Shown: in pieces, positions 38,235 through 49,600 of the stretch
Layout of the letters: each line of letters begins with the position of its first letter
How positions within the stretch are numbered: position 1 is the first letter of the stretch
From: Setoptus koraiensis
Lineage: Eukaryota; Animalia; Arthropoda
Direction of reading: 5' to 3'
NCBI GenBank assembly: GCA_048013815.1
Contig: CM106585.1
Span: 16,740,001 to 16,804,000 of the forward strand
DNA: 64,000 bases
The notes under the pieces: generated by a model
Seen by the model: the letters and a program-made list of their open reading frames with translations, nothing else
What the model was told of the DNA's origin: nothing
Databases searched by the model: none
Made by a program: the position numbers and the translations under genes

Positions 38235-40089
38235 CAGCAGGCATAGATTGTGGCCGCACAGCGGTGCGTGCGCGCCAATATCTGCCATTGTGTGCGCCCA
38301 ATATGAAAATGGTGCGCCCTCTAATTGCATGCAAAATTGCACCGTTCCCCAGCGATTGGTGCGTTGGCGGACCGCTCTCGTGGGCCCCATGACAAGTGCA
38401 AAGTTGCTGAAGTTGCGCCACGAATACAGCCATTGTGTGGGCTGTAGGTGAGCCAGTGTGACCGCTGCGCTCGGGGTCCTTTCAGCGGCGCCCCCGTCCG
38501 CCCGGCCACACACAAAGGCGGCCCGAAGCGACGTTGCCAGCGATCTAGATGATTGAGCAATTCGAATTTGCAAACAATCAGTTTGTTTCTTGTTGGACGC
38601 ACACACACACACGCCACCGCCGTTGCCGCCGCCAACAAACACAGACAGATAGTTGCCATGAATCATGATGATATTGTTGTCGGGGATGCCCTAGTTGTTG
38701 TTGTTGTCGTTGTTGTTGCCGTTGATTCCGCACAATATACACACAGTATACACAATATACGCGCTGCTGCCGCGGTGCACTCGCAATATCCGCGACCCAG
38801 CGCGATCTTGGCGATATATGGCTAGGCGGCGCACAGTGGCGCACAAAATACCATCAAGGCATATATATCATTGTGAATTGGAATTTAATGAGGTCCCAAA
38901 TCATTTTTATGGAGCGCAGTCGTTGATAGAATAGATTTTGTGCGCTCATGCGCCCTCCGGTTGCGCAGCTCTGTGCAGACTGTCGATTGCGTAAGTTGTT
39001 GCTTGCGCCCGCAGTGTCAGCGTCACTGTGCGCGCTGTGTATGTTGCGCTGCTAGGGGGCCGGCGAGCGGGGCGAAAGTTGGCCCGCTCGAGACAGGCCA
39101 TTGAAAAAAGTGGTGCCCCTGGTTTCACGCTTGGCGGCGCTGCGCCAGCAATCAAGCCTGTACATACACTGATGTCGTATTGCTATGTCGTATGGTTGCT
39201 TGGCTGCAGTGTGCTCATTTGTGGCACCTCCGCAACTAATTCATTAGCGACTTTGCGCCGCTGCAGTGTGGCGCACACGTGAAAGCCTGGGGCCGCCTCG
39301 CGGACGAAACCAGCACTGAACCGCTAGTGCACCGTTAGTGCACCGTTAGTGCAGCGCTAGTGCACCGCAACTAGCGATATATAGCGATATATAGAGAGCA
39401 ACGAGAGCGGGGATATTGGCGCATTTGAATAACATTCGATGACATTGAACGAAGAGGAAGAGAGAAGAGGCGAAACAGCGAGGCTGCCAGCAGAAGCGAC
39501 AAATCGCACAACAAATCAAATCAGGCCAATGCATGGCCGGCCTTCGAAATGCCATTAAAAGTCAATACACAACTACGATATACGCAACAACGACAACAAC
39601 AACCGAAGCAACGACAACCGAAGCAACGACAGCAACAACAACAACGGCAAGGGCAACAATAACGGCAATAACGGCAGCGGCAGCGAGCTGGCAAGCGGCG
39701 CCCAGAGCAGCCAGAGTGTGAATAGGCGACCAGTCTAGTGAGAATAGGCAACTAGTGCAACTGTAGCAACCAATTAGCCTAGCAAGCCAATCAACGGCGA
39801 CAAATGACGCCTCTAATTAGCCCGGCAGCAACAACTGGTCGCGCCACAGCCGGCCAGACGCAACGCAGATAATAGCGATAACAAACAACAACCAAACCAA
39901 GCAACTAGTCAAGTGGCGCCGTTACGTAAATTACAGCCGTTAATCAACCGTTATCAACTACAATCGTCGCATCATCAGTGTGTCTTGTGTCAGTGTATCT
40001 AACCAATTTAAAACTCAAATTATAAACAAACAACAGTCAAATGATGAATGGATTTCCCCCGCTACACAATTGGTACAAGTTTGTAAAAA

Positions 40090-40173
40090 ATGCAAGACAC
40101 CAGAACGCATGTGGTGGGCGAACTGTTCGACACCGAACGATCCTATGTGGAATCGTTACAAATCCTGGTTGAG
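40090..40173 (+). CDS. ARHGEF17: RhoGEF exon 1 recognised (DH start): MQDTRTHVVGELFDTERSYVESLQILVE
   Basis: DH helix-1 motif ELFDTERSYVESL; donor GAG|GTGAGT at 40174. This frame is not in the supplied ORF track. Start is either the ATG at 40090 (in-frame TAA two codons upstream) or an AAG acceptor at 40096. Confidence 0.88.
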
Positions 40174-43100
40174 GTGAGTAGACAAATTGAGGCCACCAAC
40201 AAGCTGGCCACAACAAGCTGGTTACAACTGGTTGAGAAGAGCGCATATAATAAGAATTAATAATAAGAATTGCGCAATAATTCCAAACCCACCCAGTCGG
40301 TCGGTTGGAGCTCATCGCTCGCACAGCCTGATGAAAGACCCACTGACCCCTCGAGCGGACCGTCAATTCAATTGAACTGGCCTGCATGTGTCTGGCCAAG
40401 TTGAGTAATGACACTTGAGACAGCCTAGCTGCTCGAACCTCTACAGCCTGTCCCGAGTTCGACATTGCATGCCAATTATGGCCTGTGCAAGCCTCGAACA
40501 AAAATGTCGCAGCAGCAAATAATATATGATACTTGTCGATTGAGCCTCAACATGCAATTACATGCGTTTGGTGAATTTCTCTTGGTGAATTATATTGGCT
40601 AGACTATTAATTCGAATCGCTGGCGCGCAAAGATGTGGGGCATTTTGTGCAAAATAGACACATTTGTCGCATTGGCAGTTCAAATTATGGGGGCCAACAA
40701 ATAATAATAATAATAATTTTGTGCATGCAAGCTGTTATTATTTGTTATTGTCTGCTTTGGGCCGGCTATTGGGGCCAGTGAGGGCCCCAATGGCTGGCCC
40801 CTTAATGGGCAAGTCAGTTTATCTCTTGTCAGTAATAAACTGCACCAGTGCCACTGTATAAGCCGAGATACACGCCACTGATAACAAGCAATGCAATGTA
40901 TGATGTTGTCACCATTGTACTACAATGATTGTAGCAGCATACCGTTGGTCATCGTTGGATCATCGGGGGACGGGGGCGCCTCATACGTGACACTGGCAGC
41001 CAATTGCATGCACATATAATACATATAAATGTGCATGCATCACCGATTATGTAACAGTGTGCCCGTGCGATTTATCTAATGCAACCATCAATGATACATC
41101 TTATAGGATCGATAACAAGCACAAAAAAGCTGCATTTATGAATGAGTGGCCGGCTGCTTAAGTTGCACCTAGTTACCGAGCGGGGGTCAGTGATATTTGT
41201 CTGCTCGCGGTCGTATTAACGTATTTAATGTCATTTGTCTGACATTGAGCCGAGATTGGGCCGCGATTGAGTCGCGATTGGCCGCGATTGAGCCGAGATT
41301 TGGAGAATTAGCCGCCGGGGCACGATTGACGTCAATTGAGCGGACAGTTTGCCAAGACGCATGGCACAAACAATCAGCGAGATGAACACGAATAGCTGTG
41401 GCTTGCGCTCGCGGCATAACGCAACATGATCACTAAATTGAGACGACGCGACCGCCAGAGAATCTCTGGCATAGATATTGACTCTTCATCGACAGCTAGT
41501 TAGCGTTTGTTTGCGTGCAGCGTGATTTGTGCCATTCTGACAGGGGCGACAAGTGCCTGTCGTAGTGTCCGATCGCCGACCGTTCAATGACCACTTTTCA
41601 ATTAGTAGTAGCTGTTGCTGTTGCGGCGTTCGAGATACGCCGGTCATATCAACAATAGTTCTTTGAATGGCGAGCGGGCGATTAATTTTCTCTCTGGCCA
41701 GAGAGAAAATTAATTCCGCAGCCAATGGGGGCGCTCCAGCAGAACGACGGGATAGCGCACGCCAGCGAACAAACGGACTGAAACACACGAACGGATAAAT
41801 TTGAGAAAATGGCAGCACCTGTCTAACTGATGTAACTGCGGCAGCGATTATTCATTACATGACCGAACATTGAGCCGTTTTAACTGCTGCACCGCCGTCC
41901 ATAGTTCATATATTGCACAACACATAGTTGGTGGTGCATGGCACCACCAGACCAATAGACTCTATTGAATAGAGCGCTCCCGGGAACTGGGTTAATCCGG
42001 CCCGGCCGAGGGGATTATCATGGGCAGATCACGCGAGCCATTGAGCCAGCTCACCTTTCCTTTTTTGCGCGCTGGCTACCTTAGGCCGCGCCACTGGCTG
42101 CCCGCGTGCGTGTGTGTGTATACGTGTGTGTGTGTGTGTGTGTACTGGATACAAACTCATTAGCATATGGCGCTAGATTATTTGAGGAACGCCACATGGG
42201 CCCCAACCATATGGACTGGTGCAGTGCATAGGTGTAGCGTGAGTGGGGGCGCTCGCTCGCTCATTTACATATCGCGCGATTGTGCCATTCTTGAAACCGG
42301 GCGCAGCCACTTTGCCGGCCCACCTTTGGCTGGCCCCGTTCGGGCCCCGAAACCCCGCGCCCGAAAACGCACCGCAACCGGGGGCCAGAACTCGCCAGCC
42401 AGAACTCGCCCGACTGCAACCCTAACCCGCTAACCGTTATGTCTCTATTCTTCTCTATCCCCATTCCACTGGCGCCCAATCGCGCTGGCCCCGTTAAACT
42501 GTAACCCAAAACGCTGACCCACTGCCGACCCGCGGCTCACCTGGCGGCGTCTTGGCGCGCGCGAAAACAAACGTTATCATCGCGCAAACATCATCATCGT
42601 ATCATCATCGCCGGACCGTCGTATCATGGTCGTATCACCGTCGTATCGTCATCGCCGGACCGTCGCGTACGCGCGCACACAGAAATACATGAAACCGCTC
42701 AAGAGTGCAGACAATCGCAATCAGCTCGTTGACTCTAATCTTGTGGACGAGATCTTTTACACCATACCAGAAATTTTGGGCCATCACGAGCGCTTCCTAA
42801 GCAGCTTACAGAGCCGACTGACGCCGCAATGGGACACCAAACAGGTGATAGGGGACGTGTTTATAGACGCGGTAAGTGTGTTGCGTGATCCGCCTAACGT
42901 TGGCCGGGCGCAATTGCGTAATTTGCGCGCCTAGATTGTGTGCCGGGCCGGCCAGTTTATGTCTGCACCGTGGCCAGTTTATAGCTGCACCGCTGCGTGT
43001 GCACCGTGCCAGTGTGCGGCTGCACCGCGCACCGACCGCTAAGCCGGCCCCAAATGGGCCCAAATGAAAAGATGATTGATCATCCGATCCGACCGATCAA

Positions 43101-46100
43101 CCGATGGCCGAATTATCTCTCACTCACCTGCTCACTCTTCTTTTTTGCCAAATTTCTCTCTCTCTCTCGCTGCACCGCTCGCCTTTTGCCACCGCGGCCA
43201 CTTGCCACCGATCAAACTGACCAATCGATCGAAACAGTTCACCAATCGGCCCATAATCGACACCTATACGGCCTTCATAAACAACTGGAAGAACGCCAGA
43301 CAGGCGATCAAGCTCGCCAAGCAGGCCAAGCCGGCCTTCGAGAAGTACCTCGAGGTAGGTAACGCGCCAGTAGCGGCCGGTCACTCGGCTGGCCCCGCCA
43401 TTTGGCCCCTGCCATTTGCAGCGCTGAGAGCACTTAGGCTGCTCGCCACTCGCAACTTGTACTATTTGCTGGCGAGCCTCCATTAACCGTCAACCATTAA
43501 CCATTATCCACATCTATGCTATATATCGCCGCTCGTATTGCTCGCTGTTGCTCACGGCTTGCATTCCGACGCCGCCACCCGATATCTGTGTCCGATACCG
43601 CGTCCATATCCGCCGCCATTTATCCAATCTAGAACATGTCGCGCGAACACAAGAACAAACTGACGCTAGACGCCCTGCTCATAATGCCCGTGCAGCGGAT
43701 TCCTCGTTACGAGCTCTTGATTAAGGTGAGCACAACATGTACACAATCTGTCTCATGTCAAGTGGCCCCCAGTCAGCCAGTTGGACGGCGTCCAAGTGGC
43801 TGAGCGCCGGGCCCGCGGTCTCGGCTGGCTGTCGGGCCCGCGGCCTCGCCTGGCGGGCCGCTAATGGGCGCCAACTTGATACTTGCTCCATTAGGGGCTC
43901 TCTATTACTTTTCTTTTGCTTCGGCTGCCGCTCCAGTTATACGCGCAGCAGCACAAACACGAGATAAGGATCTAACTAGCTTATTTATACTTATATCTAT
44001 GCACACGACCGCTCGTCTCGTCTCGTCTCGACTGTTTGTGTTTGGCGTTTATCCGAACGGCGCCACATTCATTTGCGTCACTGGCTGCGACTCATTTCGG
44101 CGCCCCGACTTGGCCATGAATTATGCCCGTGTTACATCAAACGTTTCGTCGTCGTCGTCGTTTGTTGCCGTTGCGACTATGCGCGAATCGATTTCAACGG
44201 CGCTCGAATCTGCGACCACCCGATCCGATCCAATCCGCCGACCCGTCGAATTCCACGATGAACGCAACGGACGGACAACCGTGCAAACCAACGCCGGCGC
44301 ACACAATGAAGGAGCTGCTCAAGCACACGCCCCACGATCACCCTGACCACTGGAATCTGATTGAGGCCCAGAAACAAATACACGAGCTGGCGCTCAACAT
44401 CGACAGGGCCGAGCGCGAGGTGATGCACCACGAGCAGCAGCAACAACAATTGAAGGACCTGGAGAGTCTATTCGACGGCCACATCGAGCTGTGCGCGTCG
44501 TCGCCCCAACGCGAGTTCCTCAGATATGACTTGATATCGACGCCGGGAGGGCTCGGCATAAAGAAGGAGCGCGTACTGTTTCTATTCTGTGATTTGTTCC
44601 TCATGACGTGAGTGGCATGCCCGATTTCTCTATATGCGAACATCCGAACTGTATCCCGCTCTATCCCAATATCAGATATCCGTTTTGCCCGAGCGCAACT
44701 AGCCAGCTCGCAGCCAAATCAATTGCGATTCATCGGCGCGCCACACGCCAATTTGAATAGCGCCCACCTCGGCTGCCGGCCCCTGGCTGCGCGCGATTCA
44801 AATTAGGCCCGCAGAGAACCCGCTCTCATCTGTTTGTTTGTTTGCTCTCTTCGCCCCTCTTCTCCTCTCTGTTTCCCCGGGCCTCTCGCGCCGCCGAACC
44901 TCGCGATGCCGAACCTCGGGCCACCGAACCTCGTGCCAATTGAAATTCGCGACGCCGATCGAAACGGCGCTTGCACTGGCAACAACGAACGATGCGCCGC
45001 ACGCCGGATAAATGCGCGAAACGGATAAATTCGCGAAACGGATAAATTCGCGAAACGTACGAACGCGAACGCGAAACGCGCGCGTAGGAGCATCAAGAAA
45101 AAGACGAGCCGCCGCTCGAACCTCGCCTCGGCCTTCACGTCCAGCACCGACTTGGGCCTGCTCGAGGGCAACAAATTCAAATTGCTGCTGCGCGCGCCCC
45201 TAGACAATGTCGAAATAAACTCCAACCTAGTGAGACAGCACACCCACGACACGCCCCTGCTGTCGCCCGTGTCCGCGGGCCTCGACATGTCGGCGCCGGG
45301 GGGGCCGGGCATGTCAGGCGTGGGCACGGCCAGCGCGGGCAGCATGTTGCCCAATGTGTCAAGTGTGCTCAAATCTCGGGCACAATCAACGCCGCCAGTC
45401 ACGTCGCCGGGCGCTGCTTGCGCCGCCAATCAGCAGGCGGCGGGCGGCGCAAGTTTCGGCAATCTAACCGGCCAAGCAGCCACCGGCTCATGCGGCGGCG
45501 CCCCAATGTCGCCCCAACGAACAACGCCAACGCCCCTGCCGGCCAACTGCAGCAGCAGCAGCAGCGGCAGCTTGGCAAGCCAGCAGCAGCAGCAACGCAA
45601 CACCGCCGAACAGGTTGCCCCGTCTTGGTGCATCTCAAAAGACATGTCGCTGGCGAAACAAATACAAACACTTGTCCAACAATTGCACTGTCCACACGAC
45701 CATCTCAACGAGGCCTGCACCGAGCTGCTGCTGGCCCTGATGCGTCAGCAGCAACAACAGCTCAAGGTGTCGCTCGTGGGCCACAGCGTGCACGACCAGC
45801 AACAACAACAACAACAGCAACAACAACAGCAGCAGCAACAAGTAGCCAATCCGTCGTCGGTGTCTATGTCGCAGTCGCCACTTCCGGCGCAGCAATCGCC
45901 CGCCGGGGCCGCCGGCGCAAGCTCACTGTCGGACAGCTCAAGCAGCAAGACTTCCACAACCACCATAACCTCCATAACTGGCCAGAATACGGTGATATCG
46001 CACAAATCGCTCCAATTGATGCAGCCCCACGACAACAGCTCCGCACTGGCCAGCAGTCAGCAGTCACTGGCCAGAAACCAACAGTCGACACAGCCGGCCC

Positions 46101-46601
46101 CGCAGCAGCAACAGCAGCAGCAATCTAGCCAGAACGGTCAGTCGCCGTCGTCCAGCTCGTCACAACTGTCCATTGAGTTCACCATAATTCACCATCATCA
46201 CGGCCCCAATCAGGACGGCGCCGACGGTGCGGCGGGCAGCGGAAGCGCCAGCGGCAGTGTCGCCAATCTGTCCCTGGATCATCACCGGGCCGGCTACGCG
46301 CACCACCACCAGCATCCCGCGTTCAGTGGTCAACTGTCGGCGGAGTCGCTGACGGGCGCCGGCTCGCTGACGGGCGGCAGCGGACCGCCCTCGGCCAGCT
46401 CGCTGCAGCCCGCCTCCGTGGAGACCCTGGTGGTGATATTTCCCAATTTGGACCGCCGTCAATCGTTCAATCGGGCCTTCGTGGAGGCCAAACAGCAGCG
46501 GCTCATGCAGAAACAGCAGCACCAGCTGATGCTGCAGCAGCAACAATTGAAATTGCAGCAACAACTGCACCACCAGCAACAACAGGAGCAACTGCACCAA
46601 T

Positions 46602-46646
<45 letters not shown>

Positions 46647-49600
46647 TACAGCTGATCAAGTCGTCGGCCACCCTCACCATGTCCAGCAGCAGCGCCGACA
46701 CTCAACCAGCCTTTGGCCAGCAGCCACAGCAGCACCCGATCAGCTGCTTGCAGGGCCCCAATGCGAGCCAAAACTGCGCAATATGCTCGCACCAGCACCA
46801 GCATCACCACCAGCTGGCCATGGTGCCGCACCAGTTGTCCATGGCCAGCACCATGATGCTGGTGCCGGGCGGCGCGGCCAGCCAGCAGTCGGGTGCGTCG
46901 GACCACCAGTACGGCGGCGCCAGTATTTGTGTGGCCGACACCAACAGCAACTGGGGCCCGGCGCACCAGCACCCGATTGCCGCGGCTCGGGCGCCCGCGC
47001 CTCACCTGTTCATGGTGGTGCCCATGGTGTGCGAGAAGATGCGCCACGGGCTGGTGTTTACGGGCTCGCGAGTGGCCTGGCGCCCGCAATCTAACAGCGC
47101 CCACGATGCCGGCTGCACCGCTCAAAATGTCCACTGCGCCGATTCAACCAATTCGACCGATTTAACCAGTTTGACCGGTGTAACCGATTTAACCAGTTTG
47201 ACCAGTGTAACCGATTCAACCAATCGGCTGCAGCGCGCCACCGACAGCCAGCGGCTCAGAGACAATCTGGGCCAGTTGTGGCTGTGCCTCAGCAACGGCT
47301 ACATAAGCAATATTTGTTTAATGTCCTTCTCGCAAGTGCAAATAATCAACGCCGATCCCGACGACCAATTAGCCGATCCGGGCGCCATCGCGGGCCCTAA
47401 CGCGAATCCGAGCGCCCAATTGAGCGGGCCAACAGCCGGCCAGCAATCGTGGGCAGGCCAGAACGGGCCGCGGCAGCGCAAAGTGGTGAGGCCCTACATT
47501 GTGGCCACCAGCGACATGTGTAAATCACGTATCACCTGCATTGTGCAAGTGCCCGGACTGGCCGCGCCGGCGCCCGACAAACAAAAACAAAGCGGCCGGT
47601 ACCAGGTGAGCGGCACGCCAACAATTAGGTCGTCGGGCCCGGCCGAGATTGGCCAGTCGGGCTGCGGCCACGTCGCGGCCACGATGCCGCCAGCCAGCAA
47701 GGAGAGCGAGGGTGATCACGCAGACAATCAGGCCGCCCATAAAACGGGCGCGATAATGGGCCCCAAAACGCGCTCCAAGACCATGGTGGCGTCCGCAAAC
47801 GAACAGCAAACGAGCCCGGCGGACGCCGTGGCCCCGATTAGGCTGGCCGGCGGCCAATCAGCGCAAGCGGCAACAACGGCGGCGGATCCGTCAGCGAGCT
47901 CGCTAATGAGCAGACGGGCCCGCTCGAGCAGCGCGCAGCGGATTCCGACGCGCCTGTCCGAATCGGTGCCACCGACAGCGCCGGCGGCCCCGATAATGGT
48001 GCGTGCCGCTTCATTATGTGCCACCCGGCACCATCACAGACATCACCAGCATCAGCACTTGCACAGGCATCAGGCACAGTCGGCGCGGTCGGGCTCGGGC
48101 AGCGGCAAGCGCCAGCACTCGCTCACCATCGGGGGCGCGTGTGCGGGCCAGTGGCCGTCGCGGCCGCCCAGCTCGGACGACGGGCTGGACGGGCCGGGCG
48201 AGTGGGCCGCGCCCGCCACGTCCGCGATGCAGCAGCAGCAGTGCCGCGACAAGAGTTGCGGCTCGTCGGCGCGCAAATGCGGCCAGCTCTCGGGCAGCGA
48301 CGGCGGCGAGCAACAAGAACAGTTGAATGAAATTGCCATAATCAACAAACAAACAACGACGACGTCAACACAGCAGTCGTGCGTGCAGTCGGCGGGCGCC
48401 CACGCAACCGGCTCAAATGCGGCGGTCGTTTCGTCCGGCGAGCCGGCGGCCGCCGGTCCCGACGAGCGCAATTTATTAGCATCGGGACATTTGCGCGACG
48501 ACCGCTCGTTTGATTCATTTGACCAGGCCACGGCTCAAGTGACTCAGCAGCAGCAGCCGCAGCATGAGAATCTGGAGCAGCCGGCACTCAATCAAGCGTT
48601 GCAAGGGGCCTCGCTGGGCTCTTTGTTGTCGTCGTCCGTGTCATTGCGTAACTCGGCCAGTGGCGGCGCGCCCGACACTAGTCCATTATCATCAGCGTCA
48701 TGTTGTGCATTGTCAGACACGACCACGGCCACAAAGCAACTGCTCGCCATAGATCACCAGCATTCTTGCGGCAACAAAGATGCCCCTGGCCCGGCCGGCT
48801 CGGGGCCGGCAACGTTTACCCGCTCGTCGCATTCGTTCGATAAATCAGGCAACCGGAAATGCTGCTGGCAAGACGGCGCAAGCCGGAGCTTCACTTACGC
48901 AACCACTCCAATTTTGCAGCGGCAGCCGCAGCAGCAGCATCCGATGCTGTCCAGTCCAATTGACACGACGACCGCCAGACCGCGCCAGCGCACCGTTGCC
49001 GCTGCCGCCAACAACAACAACAAGCCGGCGGGGGCCGGCTATTATCATCACCAGCGCGCTCACCATCACCATCATTACCACCATCATCACGGCCGTCACC
49101 ACGGTCACCATCATCATCACAATTGTCAGCAGCAGCAGCAGCGCAACATTGTGTCGCCCCTGTCCAGCGAGTCCTCAAATTCGTCCTCGGTGAGCTCGCT
49201 CAGCGGCGCCCAGCATGTGCTCAATACGGACAACAGCAGCAACGGTGCCATTTTAGCACCGCACCGCAAAAGCCACACCCCCGACAGAGACACGGTGTCC
49301 GGGGGCGCCAAGAGGCGCGACTTGAGCGCACCGGCCATTTACAATTCAAAGTCGTGCGATCAGTCGGGCACGGGCCGACAATCGCCAATGCGGCACCTGG
49401 AGAGAGCCGCTCACAGGGACATCACCAGTTACAGCCAGTGCAGCCAGAAGCAGCGCCGGCAAAGCGCCATGCGGGACAGGTCGCTGACGGGGCCCAGCCG
49501 ATTCAATTTCGACCCGGCCGCCCAAGAGCTGATGAGCCAGCCCTGCCAACGGTGCAGCCTGGACGTTGTTGATTATGATTGCGCCGGCGATATCGGCGCA

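Noticed and set aside
40073-40096. Possible 24-nt GT-AG intron that would extend the RhoGEF to an ATG at 40048
   Set aside because: It is far below normal animal minimum intron length and the donor is weak. It would need direct cDNA evidence.
39980-40177. ORF-track peptide MSCVSVS...CKKCKTPERMWWANC
   Set aside because: It is a shifted reading of the real DH-domain exon, which uses another frame.
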